A model generated the notes under the pieces. That model had not been told where the DNA came from. It saw only the letters and a program-made list of their open reading frames with translations, and ran no database searches. The translations under genes were made by a program, and so were the position numbers. Below, in pieces: positions 1 through 12,109 of a stretch of DNA of 31,186 bases. Origin of the DNA: Hyphomicrobiales bacterium (GTDB lineage Bacteria; Pseudomonadota; Alphaproteobacteria; Rhizobiales; Aestuariivirgaceae). Location: NCBI GenBank assembly GCA_026996935.1, contig JALWJW010000446.1:1-31186 (forward strand), written 5' to 3'. Each line of letters starts with the position of its first letter. Within the stretch, counting starts at the first letter, position 1.

Positions 1-1077
1 CACATTATTGGCCCCGAGCAAGGCTTTACATTGCCGGGCACAACGATTGTGTGTGGTGATAGCCACACCTCAACCCACGGGGCGTTTGGTGCGTTGGCGC
101 ACGGTATTGGTACATCTGAAGTTGAGCATGTTCTGGCCACGCAAACCCTTATTCAATCAAAAGCAAAAAACATGCGGGTGACAGTTACCGGTTCGCTTAA
201 AGATGGTGTGACAGCGAAAGATATTATTTTGGCGATCATTGGCGAAATTGGTACAGCGGGCGGCACGGGTTATGTGATTGAGTTTGCTGGTGAAGCGATT
301 GAAGCCCTTTCAATGGAAGGCCGTATGACGGTTTGTAATATGACCATTGAGGCTGGCGCGCGTGCGGGCATGATAGCGCCAGATGAGAAAACCTTTGAAT
401 ATTTTAAAGGCCGTAATAAAGCGCCTAAAGGCGATGACTGGGAAAAAGCGGTTGCTTATTGGAAAACGCTTAAAACCGATGAGGGTGCACACTTTGATAA
501 AGAGATTACCGTTGATGCAGGTGCGCTAACGCCAATCGTCACTTGGGGTACCAGCCCTGAAGATGTTGTGGCCATTACGGGTAAAGTGCCAAACCCTGCC
601 GATATTGAAGATGAAACCCGCCGCGCGGCGGTGGAACGCAAGCTTGACTATATGGGTCTAACGGCTGGCGAAAACATGTCTGATGTCAAAATTGATCGGG
701 TGTTTATTGGTTCTTGCACCAATGGCCGTATTGAAGATTTTCGTGCCGCTGCTGCGATGATTAATGGTCGCAAAGTCGCCGAGGGCGTTGATGCGATGGT
801 GGTGCCGGGATCTGGTTTGGTTAAAGAGCAGGCCGAAGCTGAAGGTTTGGATAAAATCTTTACCGATGCAGGCTTTGATTGGCGCGAACCTGGGTGTTCT
901 ATGTGCCTTGCGATGAACCCCGATAAACTGGCCCCGGGTGAGCGCTGTGCTTCGACTTCAAATCGTAACTTTGAAGGCCGCCAAGGCTTTAAAGGCCGCA
1001 CACACTTGGTCTCTCCTGCCATGGCTGCTGCTGCGGCGTTGGCTGGTAAGTTCGTGGATATTCGTGACTGGGACTGA
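1..1077 (+). CDS. leuC: 3-isopropylmalate dehydratase large subunit, 5'-truncated by the window edge
   Basis: Frame is open from base 1 ([13 protein letters not shown]...), so the TTG at 31 is not the real start. Motifs [29 protein letters not shown] (Fe-S Cys ligands) and [12 protein letters not shown]. Confidence 0.97.
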   Translation, partial: HIIGPEQGFTLPGTTIVCGDSHTSTHGAFGALAHGIGTSEVEHVLATQTLIQSKAKNMRVTVTGSLKDGVTAKDIILAIIGEIGTAGGTGYVIEFAGEAIEALSMEGRMTVCNMTIEAGARAGMIAPDEKTFEYFKGRNKAPKGDDWEKAVAYWKTLKTDEGAHFDKEITVDAGALTPIVTWGTSPEDVVAITGKVPNPADIEDETRRAAVERKLDYMGLTAGENMSDVKIDRVFIGSCTNGRIEDFRAAAAMINGRKVAEGVDAMVVPGSGLVKEQAEAEGLDKIFTDAGFDWREPGCSMCLAMNPDKLAPGERCASTSNRNFEGRQGFKGRTHLVSPAMAAAAALAGKFVDIRDWD

Positions 1078-1114
1078 TATTCAGGCTAATTAAGGTGCGC
1101 ACCGATATTTTAGT

Positions 1115-1459
1115 TTATCGAGTGCGCGCTTTTCGCCATCCTGCGGCATAGGCTTCTTGTTCAGAACAGAACCATCGTTCGCCATATCGTGGGGTGATGA
1201 TGGTGCGTGAATAATATTCTTGCCCTGGTACATGGAAAATGCGCTCACCCGTATTAATGCTGATATTGCCTTTGATGTTGCACGACGTGGCGTGCTTGAT
1301 CGTTTGAGCGCTGAACGTTTTTGATTTAGCGATGATTTGATCTTGATGATCGAATAAGAAATTCCCGCCTAAAACGCCAATAACAATTGTTGCAGCTAGA
1401 CTGGAATAGAATGTTGCATTGGAACGATGCTTGAATTTAAAAATTTGGGCTATGGGCAA
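1115..1459 (-). CDS. Small ExoI-like protein (N-terminal hydrophobic segment plus C-terminal CNIKGNIS...HVPG...WFCSE domain)
   Basis: CNIKGNISINTGERIFHVPGQEYY...GERWFCSEQEAYAAGWRKA matches the domain I recognise from rhizobial ExoI and thermonuclease-associated proteins. Hydrophobic stretch at about residues 17-36. Confidence 0.75.
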   Translation of the reverse strand: MPIAQIFKFKHRSNATFYSSLAATIVIGVLGGNFLFDHQDQIIAKSKTFSAQTIKHATSCNIKGNISINTGERIFHVPGQEYYSRTIITPRYGERWFCSEQEAYAAGWRKARTR

Positions 1460-1588
1460 AATTTATCAAATAAAACTTCAAATTTATTGAAAGCAAAATT
1501 TCTAATTTTAATGATTGGAAAAGTATTGATAGAAAGCTCTTATTCTTTTCGAATATCTGCGAGATATTTTTGAATTCTTCACTCACTT

Positions 1589-1706
1589 CGTCATCTTCGG
1601 GCTTGACCCGAAGATCCAGAGGCTATCGTTTAGAATACGAGTGGGGCGTTGAGTTTGTAGTTTGTGGCAAATATTCTGGATCCACGGGTCAAGCCCGAGG
1701 ATGACG
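1589..1706. repeat. CGTC-tagged REP-like inverted dimer
   Basis: 32-bp arms 1589-1620 and 1675-1706 are inverted copies (29/32 identical). Each starts with CGTC and contains its own stem around a CTTGA loop. Spacer 54 bp. Confidence 0.9.
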
Positions 1707-1803
1707 CTGGAAAGTGTGGTGGTGTGTTGTCTAACCTTTGTCTCACTTGACAAACCTTCACAAGCTTGCAAGTGGTGAGCGCAGTGGTTTTCGGGGAATG
1801 TGC

Positions 1804-2925
1804 GTGTCTCATCTTTTACTTAACAAGTTTAATGGACTGGTGAAAACTGGCGTATTGAATAGTGATGCGCGCCAGTTGGAAATTGTTGGCCATTTGGATC
1901 AGCTTTGCGATCAACTTGTTGCCTTTGATCGCGCGCGCGAGGATGAGCCTGGCTTATTGTCTCGTTTATTTGGCAATGATGAGCCGGCAGAACCGCCAAA
2001 GGGATTGTATCTTTGGGGTGGGGTTGGGCGTGGCAAAACCATGTTGATGGACTTGTTTTTTGATGTGGTGCCCGTCAAAGCCAAGCGCCGCGATCATTTT
2101 CTGTCATTTATGCAAAGTGTGCACGCTGAAATTTTTGCTATTCGCCAAAAGCAAAAAACAGGACAGGTTTGGGAAGATGCTGATCCGATTTTATTGGTCG
2201 CAGAAACCATTGCCCGGAAAACTTTTTTGCTGTGCTTTGATGAATTTCAAGTCACCGACATTACCGATGCGATGATTTTGGGGCGTTTGTTTGAGGCGCT
2301 GTTTAAAAAAGGTGTCGTGGTGGTTTCAACTTCCAATCGGCCGCCTGATGACCTTTATAAAGATGGCTTGAACCGACATGCTTTTTTGCCGTTTATCAAA
2401 CGCTTTAAACAATCAATGACGGTGATGTCGCTTGATACCTCAACGGATTATCGGTTGGGGAAACTGGCAGGTGAGCAGGTGTATTTAGCCCCGCTTAGTC
2501 GCGAAGCTGATATTGCTTTGCAACGGCTATGGCAGCAATTGACTGAAACAGCGCAAGGAAAACGTGAGGTGTTAAATGTGCAGGGGCGTGAACTGGTGGT
2601 GCCACGTGCGGCGCGCGGTGTGGCGCGGTTTCATTTTAGCGACCTTTGTGAGCAACCTCTTGGGGGCAGTGATTATATTGCGATTGCCAGCAGTTTCGAG
2701 ACGGTTTTTATTGAGCATGTGCCTTTGCTGGGTAAGGAGCAATCTAATGAAACCAAACGATTTATCACGTTGATTGATGTGCTTTATGATCGTGGTATCA
2801 AGCTGGTAATGACAGCAGATGGTTTACCGGAAAACCTTTATACTGATGGTATTCATATATTCGAATTTGAACGAACGATATCGCGGTTGAATGAAATGAT
2901 GTCAGCGGAATATTGGGCGGTTTAG
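1804..2925 (+). CDS. zapE: Cell division ATPase ZapE (AFG1 family)
   Basis: Walker A GGVGRGKT, Walker B LLCFDEF, TSNRPPDDLY. Usual position upstream of mdh. Start moved from 1738 to the GTG at 1804, which has GGGGA 6 nt upstream (start is inferred). Confidence 0.92.
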   Translation: MSHLLLNKFNGLVKTGVLNSDARQLEIVGHLDQLCDQLVAFDRAREDEPGLLSRLFGNDEPAEPPKGLYLWGGVGRGKTMLMDLFFDVVPVKAKRRDHFLSFMQSVHAEIFAIRQKQKTGQVWEDADPILLVAETIARKTFLLCFDEFQVTDITDAMILGRLFEALFKKGVVVVSTSNRPPDDLYKDGLNRHAFLPFIKRFKQSMTVMSLDTSTDYRLGKLAGEQVYLAPLSREADIALQRLWQQLTETAQGKREVLNVQGRELVVPRAARGVARFHFSDLCEQPLGGSDYIAIASSFETVFIEHVPLLGKEQSNETKRFITLIDVLYDRGIKLVMTADGLPENLYTDGIHIFEFERTISRLNEMMSAEYWAV

Positions 2926-2977
2926 CAGGCGAAAACCACGTAACCAAAAAAAACTTGGCAATAATCGAAAAGGTGAC

Positions 2978-3006
2978 TTGAACGTAATCGCTAAAGGGTT
3001 TACTAC
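2978..3006 (+). promoter_or_regulatory. Candidate sigma70 promoter for mdh-suc
   Basis: TTGAAC (2978-2983), 17-bp spacer, TACTAC (3001-3006), about 100 nt upstream of mdh. Pattern match only. Confidence 0.35.
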
Positions 3007-3019
3007 GGCGACAAATTGA

Positions 3020-4075
<1,056 letters not shown>

Positions 4076-4105
4076 ATCGTTCGAAAAGGTTAGGGTTATC
4101 CTTCA

Positions 4106-5275
4106 ATGAATATTCATGAATATCAGGCCAAGCAGGTTCTTAAAAGCTTTGGCGTGTCGGTAGCTAATGGCATTCCAGCTTTTAGTGTTGATGAAGCAGT
4201 AAAGGCTGCAGAAGAACTTGGCGGGCCGGTATGGGTTGTGAAATCACAAATCCATGCAGGTGGTCGTGGTAAAGGCGGCGGTGTTAAAGTGGTTAAGTCG
4301 ATTGACGAAGTGCGTTCAGAAGCAGAACGTATGTTAGGCATGACGCTTGTGACCCACCAGACAGGGCCTGAAGGTAAAGTTGTTAATCGGATCTATATTG
4401 AAGAGGGTTCTGCTATTGAGCGCGAACTTTATCTTTCTTGTCTGGTTGACCGTGAAACCTCTAAAATTGCTTTTGTTGCCTCAACTGAAGGTGGCATGAA
4501 CATTGAAGAAGTTGCTGAAGCAACACCTGAGAAAATCGTTACGGTTCATGTTGAACCTGCTGTTGGTTATGCGCCTTATGTTGGTCGTAAAATTGCAGCC
4601 GCGCTTAAGCTTGAAGGCAAACAGGTTAAGCAGTGCGTGAAAATGATTGGTCAGCTTTATGAGGCTTTTACCCAAAAAGACATGGCTTTGCTTGAAATTA
4701 ATCCGTTGGTTGTTAATGGTGATGGTGATTTGATCTGCCTTGATGCCAAGGTTGGTTTTGATGACAATGCACTGTTCCGCCATAAAGATATTATGGAACT
4801 TCGTGATGAGACCGAAGAAGATGCTAAAGAGCTTGAAGCATCAAAATATGATCTGAGTTATATTACGCTTGATGGTGAAATTGGCTGTATGGTCAATGGT
4901 GCCGGTCTTGCTATGGGCACAATGGATATTATTAAACTTTATGGTTCAGAGCCTGCAAACTTCCTTGATGTTGGTGGCGGGGCGACGGCTGAAAAAGTAA
5001 CCGCTGCGTTTAAAATTATTACATCTGATCCTAATGTCAAAGGCATTTTAGTCAATATCTTTGGTGGTATTATGCGCTGTGATGTGATTGCTGAAGGTGT
5101 GATTACGGCGGTTAAAGAAGTTGGATTGAAGGTTCCATTGGTGGTGCGCCTTGAGGGCACCAATGTGGAGAAGGGTCAAAAAATTATTGATGAATCTGGA
5201 TTGAATGTTATCTCAGCAAGCAATTTAGATGATGCGGCGAAGAAAATCGTCCAGGCCGTGAAGGAGGCCGCTTAA
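4106..5275 (+). CDS. sucC: Succinyl-CoA synthetase beta subunit
   Basis: MNIHEYQAK start, [41 protein letters not shown]. Confidence 0.98.
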   Translation: MNIHEYQAKQVLKSFGVSVANGIPAFSVDEAVKAAEELGGPVWVVKSQIHAGGRGKGGGVKVVKSIDEVRSEAERMLGMTLVTHQTGPEGKVVNRIYIEEGSAIERELYLSCLVDRETSKIAFVASTEGGMNIEEVAEATPEKIVTVHVEPAVGYAPYVGRKIAAALKLEGKQVKQCVKMIGQLYEAFTQKDMALLEINPLVVNGDGDLICLDAKVGFDDNALFRHKDIMELRDETEEDAKELEASKYDLSYITLDGEIGCMVNGAGLAMGTMDIIKLYGSEPANFLDVGGGATAEKVTAAFKIITSDPNVKGILVNIFGGIMRCDVIAEGVITAVKEVGLKVPLVVRLEGTNVEKGQKIIDESGLNVISASNLDDAAKKIVQAVKEAA

Positions 5276-6148
5276 ATGTCAATTCTAATTGATAAAAATA
5301 CCAAAGTTATCTGTCAGGGCATTACCGGTGCAACAGGGACTTTTCACACTGAACAAGCCATTGAATATGGTACAAAAATGGTTGGTGGTGTAACACCTGG
5401 TAAGGGTGGAACGAAGCATTTAGACCTTCCTGTGTTTGATACAGTAGGTGAAGCCTGCGATGTGACAGGGGCAAATGCGACGGTCATTTATGTGCCGCCA
5501 CCCTTTGCTGCAGATGCTATTTTAGAAGCTATTGATGCTGAAATTGAATTGATTGTTTGTATTACCGAAGGCATTCCTGTGCTTGATATGGTTAAAGTCA
5601 AACGGGCTCTTTGTGGATCGAAAAGCCGGTTGATCGGGCCAAATTGTCCTGGTGTGATTACACCGGGTGAATGTAAAATTGGCATTATGCCAGGCCACAT
5701 TCATCTGCCTGGTTCTGTTGGTATTGTTTCACGTTCAGGCACATTGACCTATGAAGCGGTGAAACAAACAACTGATGTGGGGCTTGGTCAAACAACCTGT
5801 GTTGGTATTGGTGGTGATCCGGTTAAAGGCACGGAATTTATCGATATGCTGGAAATGTTCCTGGCAGATGATGCAACCAAACAGATTATTATGATCGGTG
5901 AAATTGGTGGCTCGGCCGAGGAAGAAGCCGCGCAATTCTTAAAAGATTCAAAAATTAAAAAACCTACCGTTGGCTTCATTGCCGGACGCACAGCACCTCC
6001 CGGCCGTACGATGGGCCACGCTGGTGCTATTGTTTCTGGTGGTAAAGGTGGTGCCGAAGGTAAAATTGAAGCAATGCGATCAGCAGATATCAAAGTGGCA
6101 GACAGTTTAGCACAGCTTGGTACCAGTATGATTGAATTGATTAAGTAA
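5276..6148 (+). CDS. sucD: Succinyl-CoA synthetase alpha subunit
   Basis: [22 protein letters not shown] and phospho-His motif MGHAGA. ATG directly follows the sucC stop. Confidence 0.98.
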   Translation: MSILIDKNTKVICQGITGATGTFHTEQAIEYGTKMVGGVTPGKGGTKHLDLPVFDTVGEACDVTGANATVIYVPPPFAADAILEAIDAEIELIVCITEGIPVLDMVKVKRALCGSKSRLIGPNCPGVITPGECKIGIMPGHIHLPGSVGIVSRSGTLTYEAVKQTTDVGLGQTTCVGIGGDPVKGTEFIDMLEMFLADDATKQIIMIGEIGGSAEEEAAQFLKDSKIKKPTVGFIAGRTAPPGRTMGHAGAIVSGGKGGAEGKIEAMRSADIKVADSLAQLGTSMIELIK

Positions 6149-6316
6149 GTTAAGAAACGTAACCAGAACAATGATGGCTCGATTGGGCATACACAGACAA
6201 TTGTTCGACCATTTATATAGAACGATCAATTAGCCGCATTCAGGTGTGCATATTTGGATGCGGTTTGATCAAAATCAGGGAGGTGGTTGCGTTCGCAACG
6301 CACCACCAGCAGGGAT

Positions 6317-9304
6317 ATGGCCAAAACAGACCAGAATGATGTGTTCGAGCGGACATCATTTCTTTATGGCGGCAATGCTCAATATTTAGAACAACTTTAC
6401 ACACAATTTCAGGACGACCCATCAAGTGTCGATCCGCAATTGCAGGATTATTTTAAGCAATTGGGTGATGCGCCAGGTGATGTGCGCGCTGAAGCTAAAG
6501 GTGCGTCCTGGACGCGGCCTGACTGGCCTGTTGCTGAAAATGGTGAAATTGTTTCAGCATTAAATGGTAATGGCGGGGGCGGTGATTGGGCTGCAACTGA
6601 AAAAGACATTCAGCCCAAAATTGCCAATAAAGCAAAATCAGATGGTAACACCTTAACCGAGCATGAGCTGAAAAAGGCAACGCTTGATTCTGTACGGGCG
6701 TTGATGATGATCCGTGCTTATCGCATGCGCGGACATTTGGCGGCCGATTTGGATCCGTTAAAGCTGCGTGATGAAGCTATTCAGCCAGAACTTGACCCGC
6801 TTTCTTATGGTTTTGTTGAAGCTGATATGGATCGCCCGATTTTTATAGATCATGTGCTTGGTTTAGAAAAAGCCACTTTACGTGAAATTATTGCGATTTT
6901 GAAACGGACATATTGTTCAACGCTTGGTGTTGAATTTATGCACATTTCAAACCCTGAACAAAAAGCCTGGATTCAGGAGCGTATTGAAGGCAAAGATAAA
7001 GAAATCCATTTTACCCCTGAAGGTCGCAAAGCAATTCTACGCAAGGTGGTGATTGGTGAAGGTTTTGAGCAATTTCTCAATATAAAATATACTGGTACCA
7101 AGCGGTTTGGGCTTGATGGCGGGGAGTCTATGATCCCTGCGCTTGAGCAGATTATTAAACGTGGCGGGGCGATGGGGGTTGATTCCATCGTGCTTGGCAT
7201 GGCGCACCGCGGGCGTTTGAATGTGCTGGCCAATGTGATGGAAAAACCATTTGCCGCGATCTTTCATGAGTTTAAAGGTGGGTCTTCCACTCCAGAAGAA
7301 GTTGAAGGTTCGGGCGATGTGAAATATCATTTGGGATCATCTTCTGATCGGGAGTTTGATGGCAACAAAGTTCACTTGTCTTTGACCGCTAATCCGTCTC
7401 ATCTTGAGATTGTTGACCCTGTTGTGCTCGGTAAGGCGCGGGCCAAACAAGATCGCAAGAAAGATCAGGAAAGAACATCTTGTTTGCCATTGCTTATTCA
7501 TGGTGATGCCGCATTTGCCGGGCAGGGGGTGATTGCTGAATGTTTTGGTTTGTCTGATCTGCGCGGTCATAAATCGGGTGGCTCTATTCACTTTATCATT
7601 AATAACCAAATCGGTTTTACAACGTCACCTATCTGGGCGCGTTCATCGCCTTATCCTTCTGATGTGGCTAAAATGATTGAAGCTCCGATTTTTCACTGTA
7701 ATGGTGACGATCCAGAAGCTGTGGTTTATGCTGCCAAAGTTGCCACAGAGTTTCGTCAAACCTTTGGTCGCCCTGTTGTGATCGATATGTTCTGTTATCG
7801 TCGTTATGGTCATAATGAAGCTGATGAGCCGTTTTTCACCCAGCCTCGTATGTACCGGGCAATTAAAAAGCATCCCAATGTTGCTAAACTCTATGCCAAC
7901 CGCCTGATTGAAGAGGGTGTTTTGACGGCGCAGGAGTTTGGTGAAATGATCAATGAGTATCGGGCTCAACTTGATAAAGATTTTATTGCGGCCGATAATT
8001 ACAAACCCAATAAAGCAGACTGGCTTGATGGGCATTGGTCCGGTTTAAGCAAAGCCAATGATGCAGATGACCCGCGCCGTGGTATGACCGGTGTTGTGAC
8101 TGATACTTTACGAAAAGTTGGTAAGAGCATAACGACAATTCCAGAGAACTTTACCCCGCATAAAACCCTGGCGCGAATTTATAAAGCGCGCGCTAAAATG
8201 ATAGAAACTGGTCAGGGGCTTGATTGGGCCATGGCTGAAAGTTTGGCATTTGGTACTTTATTAATGGAAGGCTATCCTATTCGCCTTTCAGGTCAGGATG
8301 TGCAACGCGGTACGTTTTCTCAACGTCATGCGGTGTTGGTCGATCAGGAAAATGAAGAGCGCTATACACCGCTCAATTATCTGGAAAAAGATAATAATGC
8401 GGAGATAGAAGTCATTAACTCAATGCTGTCAGAAGAAGCCGTTCTCGGGTTTGAGTATGGTTATTCGCTTTCAGCGCCAAACACGATGGTGTTGTGGGAA
8501 GCTCAATTTGGTGATTTTGCTAATGGAGCACAGGTGATTTTTGACCAATTCATTTCATCTGGTGAACGTAAATGGTTGCGTATGTCCGGTTTGGTTGTTT
8601 TGTTGCCCCATGGTTATGAAGGCCAGGGGCCAGAACACTCATCGGCTCGTCTGGAGCGATATTTGCAGTTGTGTGCAGAAGATAATATGCAGGTTGCAAA
8701 CTGTACAACACCTGCAAACTATTTCCATATTCTGCGCCGTCAAATGAAACGTGATTTCCGTAAACCATTGATAATGATGACACCTAAATCATTGCTTCGT
8801 CATAAGAAAAGTGTGTCACCATTAACTGACTTTGATGCGGATTCTACTTTCCATCGTATATTGTGGGATCATAACGACCCTGCTTATGGTACGGCCGATA
8901 CGCTTGTGGCTGATGATAAAATCAGGCGTGTGATTTTATGTTCGGGCAAGGTTTATTTTGATTTGTTTGAAGCGCGCGAAAAGAAAGGTATCCATGATAT
9001 TTATCTGATGCGGGTTGAGCAATTATATCCTTTCCCCCACAAAGCGTTGATTAAAGATCTTGCGCGTTTTCCAAATGCTGAATTTGTCTGGTGTCAGGAA
9101 GAGCCTTATAATATGGGTGCCTGGACTTTTGTTCAGCCTAATATTGAATGGGTGCTGAATTACATTAATGCCAGAAATGTGCGCCCTCGCTATGTCGGGC
9201 GTCCGGCATCGGCATCTACAGCAACAGGTTTGATGAGCAGGCATTTAAAACAAATGCATGCTTTCCTTGATGAAGCTTTGGCAGAAGCGCCTGAAAACGA
9301 ATAA
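6317..9304 (+). CDS. sucA: 2-oxoglutarate dehydrogenase E1
   Basis: GMAHRGRLN, ThDP motif HGDAAFAGQG...NNQIGFT, SGQDVQRGTFSQRH, WEAQFGDF. Start ATG 6317 after AGGGA. Confidence 0.98.
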   Translation: MAKTDQNDVFERTSFLYGGNAQYLEQLYTQFQDDPSSVDPQLQDYFKQLGDAPGDVRAEAKGASWTRPDWPVAENGEIVSALNGNGGGGDWAATEKDIQPKIANKAKSDGNTLTEHELKKATLDSVRALMMIRAYRMRGHLAADLDPLKLRDEAIQPELDPLSYGFVEADMDRPIFIDHVLGLEKATLREIIAILKRTYCSTLGVEFMHISNPEQKAWIQERIEGKDKEIHFTPEGRKAILRKVVIGEGFEQFLNIKYTGTKRFGLDGGESMIPALEQIIKRGGAMGVDSIVLGMAHRGRLNVLANVMEKPFAAIFHEFKGGSSTPEEVEGSGDVKYHLGSSSDREFDGNKVHLSLTANPSHLEIVDPVVLGKARAKQDRKKDQERTSCLPLLIHGDAAFAGQGVIAECFGLSDLRGHKSGGSIHFIINNQIGFTTSPIWARSSPYPSDVAKMIEAPIFHCNGDDPEAVVYAAKVATEFRQTFGRPVVIDMFCYRRYGHNEADEPFFTQPRMYRAIKKHPNVAKLYANRLIEEGVLTAQEFGEMINEYRAQLDKDFIAADNYKPNKADWLDGHWSGLSKANDADDPRRGMTGVVTDTLRKVGKSITTIPENFTPHKTLARIYKARAKMIETGQGLDWAMAESLAFGTLLMEGYPIRLSGQDVQRGTFSQRHAVLVDQENEERYTPLNYLEKDNNAEIEVINSMLSEEAVLGFEYGYSLSAPNTMVLWEAQFGDFANGAQVIFDQFISSGERKWLRMSGLVVLLPHGYEGQGPEHSSARLERYLQLCAEDNMQVANCTTPANYFHILRRQMKRDFRKPLIMMTPKSLLRHKKSVSPLTDFDADSTFHRILWDHNDPAYGTADTLVADDKIRRVILCSGKVYFDLFEAREKKGIHDIYLMRVEQLYPFPHKALIKDLARFPNAEFVWCQEEPYNMGAWTFVQPNIEWVLNYINARNVRPRYVGRPASASTATGLMSRHLKQMHAFLDEALAEAPENE

Positions 9305-9361
9305 ACTTTAGTGAACAGATTGATATTACGAATAATTCTCCGATAAATAGGAAATGAAATA

Positions 9362-10582
9362 ATGGCTAATGAAATTCGCGTACCGACCCTTGGCGAGAGT
9401 GTTACCGAGGCTACGATAGCGACATGGTTTAAAAAACAAGGTGAGGTAATTGTTGCTGATGAGCCTTTGGTTGAACTTGAAACCGATAAAGTAACTCTTG
9501 AAGTGCCGGCACCTGCAAGTGGTGTGTTGTCTGAGATTGTTGCTAATGAAGGCGATACTGTTGATGTGGGCGCGCTGCTTGGTGTGATCTCTGAAGGCAA
9601 GGGCGCGCCAGCGGCGGCTCCTGCCGCTGCAGCTTCAGCTCCTGTTGCAACCGCATCTGAGGCATCTGCACAAAAAGCATCGGGCGGTGATGAATTGTCA
9701 CCAGCAGTTCGCAAGCTTGTTGCTGAAAACAATCTTAACCCCGCTGATATTAAAGGCACGGGTAAAGATGGCCGATTGGTTAAAGGCGATGTGCTTGCCT
9801 ATCTTGAAAACAAATCCTCAGCGCCTGCTGCTGTTCTGACTCCAGCTCCAGAGCCTCGCGCATCTGTCAGCGAAGCTGATGCCCCGCGTGAAGAACGCGT
9901 GCGGATGACACGGTTGCGTAAAACAATCGCCAAGAGGTTAAAAGATGCGCAAAATACAGCGGCCATGCTGACCACTTTCAATGAGGTTGATATGTCAGCT
10001 ATCATGTCTTTGCGGTCTGAATATAAAGATATGTTCTTAAAAAAACATGGTGTTAAGCTTGGCTTTATGAGCTTTTTCACCAAAGCTGTTTGTGTGGCCT
10101 TAAAAGATGTGCCTGCTGTTAATGCTGAAATTGATGGTGATGATCTGGTTTATAAAAATTTCTGCCATATTGGCGTTGCTGTTGGGACCGATAAAGGTTT
10201 GGTTGTGCCAGTGCTTCGTGATGCAGATCAAATGTCTTTGGCTGAAATTGAAAAAGGCATTAATGAGTTGGGCGCAAAAGCGCGTGAGGGTAAATTGTCT
10301 ATGGCCGATATGACGGGTGGTACATTTACTATTTCAAATGGTGGTATTTATGGTTCTCTGATGTCGACGCCTATCTTAAACGCCCCACAATCTGGTATTT
10401 TGGGCATGCATAATATTGTTCAGCGCCCTGTTGTGGTAAATGGTGAAATTGTGGCCCGGCCAATGATGTATTTAGCCGTTTCTTATGATCACCGTGTTGT
10501 TGATGGCAAAGAGGCGGTAACATTCCTGGTGCGTATTAAAGAGTGCCTTGAAGACCCTAAACGTTTTATTTTAGACCTATAG
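9362..10582 (+). CDS. sucB: Dihydrolipoamide succinyltransferase E2
   Basis: Lipoyl motif ETDKVT, Ala/Pro linker, E3-binding GTGKDGR, catalytic SYDHRVVDG. Confidence 0.98.
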   Translation: MANEIRVPTLGESVTEATIATWFKKQGEVIVADEPLVELETDKVTLEVPAPASGVLSEIVANEGDTVDVGALLGVISEGKGAPAAAPAAAASAPVATASEASAQKASGGDELSPAVRKLVAENNLNPADIKGTGKDGRLVKGDVLAYLENKSSAPAAVLTPAPEPRASVSEADAPREERVRMTRLRKTIAKRLKDAQNTAAMLTTFNEVDMSAIMSLRSEYKDMFLKKHGVKLGFMSFFTKAVCVALKDVPAVNAEIDGDDLVYKNFCHIGVAVGTDKGLVVPVLRDADQMSLAEIEKGINELGAKAREGKLSMADMTGGTFTISNGGIYGSLMSTPILNAPQSGILGMHNIVQRPVVVNGEIVARPMMYLAVSYDHRVVDGKEAVTFLVRIKECLEDPKRFILDL

Positions 10583-10597
10583 ATTGGAATTGAAATT

Positions 10598-12007
10598 ATG
10601 TCTGAACACCAATTTGATCTCACAATCATAGGTTCTGGCCCGGGTGGTTATGTGTGCGCCATTCGTGCGGCGCAATTGGGGATGAAGGTTGCCGTTGTTG
10701 AAAAACGGCCAACCCATGGCGGTACATGCTTGAATGTAGGTTGTATCCCTTCAAAAGCTTTGCTTCACGCTTCTGAAAGCTTTGAAGAAGCAGGTCACAA
10801 GTTTGAAAAAATGGGTATTAATGGCTGCAAACCAAAAATTGATATTAAGCAAATGATGGCGTTTAAGGATGAAGTGGTTTTGGGTAATACCAAAGGCATT
10901 GATTTCCTGTTTAAGAAAAACAAAGTCACACCTTTTATTGGTACGGGTAAAATTGTCGATAAGGGTGTGGTTGAAGTGACAGGTGGTGATGGCAGTGTCA
11001 CAAAACTTGCCAGCAAAAATATTGTTATTGCAACAGGCTCTGCTGTTGCCAATTTGCCCGGTGTAGAAATTGATGAAAAACAGGTTGTGTCTTCAACCGG
11101 TGCGCTTGAGCTGCCAAAAGTGCCTAAGCATCTGGTTGTGGTCGGGGCTGGTGTTATCGGGCTGGAGCTTGGTTCTGTCTGGGCTCGTCTTGGCGCAAAA
11201 GTTACGGTTGTTGAGTTTCTTGATCGTATTTTGCCGGGCATGGATGGGGATGTGGCTAAAACATTTCCGCGTATGTTAAAAAAGCAAGGCTTTGAGTTTA
11301 GATTAGGCACGAAAGTGTCTGGTGTTAAAACGACAAAAAGTGGTGTAACGGTTACGGTTGAACCTGCCAAAGGTGGCGAGTCTGAAGACATTAAGGCTGA
11401 TGTGGTTTTGGTGGCAATCGGGCGTATGCCTTACACACAAGGTCTTGGCCTTGAAGACCTTGGCGTTAAAATGAGCCAACGTGGTCAGGTTGAAATTGAT
11501 GATCACTTTAAAACCAATGTTGAGGGCATTTATGCCATTGGTGATTGTGTTCGTGGACCAATGCTTGCCCATAAAGCTGAAGATGAAGGCGTGGCCGTGG
11601 CTGAAATTCTGGCAGGTCAGTCTGGCCATGTAAATTATGATGTGATTCCGGGTGTGGTTTATACGATGCCCGAAGTTGCCAGTGTTGGGCGGATTGAAGA
11701 AGACCTCAAAGCTGACGGAATTGACTATGTGGTTGGCAAGTTTGCCTTTATGGGCAATGGTCGTGCTAAAGCCAATCAAACCCCTGACGGGTTTGTTAAG
11801 GTTATTGCCGATGCCAAAACCGATAAGGTTTTGGGGGTTCATATTCTTGGTGCCAGTGCCGGGGAAATGATCCATGAAGCTGCAGTTTTGATGGAGTTTA
11901 GTGGTTCAGCCGAAGATTTGGCGCGCACCTGTCATGCTCATCCAACAATGTCAGAGGCTGTGAAAGAAGCGGCAATGGCAGTGGCAAAACGGGCAATTCA
12001 CGCTTAA
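10598..12007 (+). CDS. lpdA: Dihydrolipoamide dehydrogenase E3
   Basis: GSGPGG, redox disulfide [29 protein letters not shown]. Confidence 0.98.
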   Translation: MSEHQFDLTIIGSGPGGYVCAIRAAQLGMKVAVVEKRPTHGGTCLNVGCIPSKALLHASESFEEAGHKFEKMGINGCKPKIDIKQMMAFKDEVVLGNTKGIDFLFKKNKVTPFIGTGKIVDKGVVEVTGGDGSVTKLASKNIVIATGSAVANLPGVEIDEKQVVSSTGALELPKVPKHLVVVGAGVIGLELGSVWARLGAKVTVVEFLDRILPGMDGDVAKTFPRMLKKQGFEFRLGTKVSGVKTTKSGVTVTVEPAKGGESEDIKADVVLVAIGRMPYTQGLGLEDLGVKMSQRGQVEIDDHFKTNVEGIYAIGDCVRGPMLAHKAEDEGVAVAEILAGQSGHVNYDVIPGVVYTMPEVASVGRIEEDLKADGIDYVVGKFAFMGNGRAKANQTPDGFVKVIADAKTDKVLGVHILGASAGEMIHEAAVLMEFSGSAEDLARTCHAHPTMSEAVKEAAMAVAKRAIHA

Positions 12008-12069
12008 AATAACTTTTTTGGTATTTTTTTATTATTAAATATCAAATTCTTATATCCAAAAATCCGTTA

Positions 12070-12109
12070 GATGAACGGGAGATGAACGGGGCCGTCAGGT
12101 TCCGTTCAG
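12070..12109. promoter_or_regulatory. Candidate operator array (11-bp-period direct repeats plus inverted half-sites)
   Basis: GATGAACGGG at 12070-12079 and 12081-12090 (perfect repeat), followed by opposite-strand CCGTCAG (12092-12098) and CCGTTCAG (12102-12109). Confidence 0.6.

Noticed and set aside
1583-1812. Short ORFs spanning the REP dimer
   Set aside because: Translations such as VILGLDPWIQ and WIFGSSPKMT are simply the repeat arms read in frame.
9190-9759. 189-aa minus-strand ORF
   Set aside because: Antisense shadow of sucA/sucB. Its Ala/Ser-rich content mirrors the E2 linker.
10795-11875. 198-aa and 190-aa minus-strand ORFs
   Set aside because: Antisense shadows of the highly conserved lpdA.
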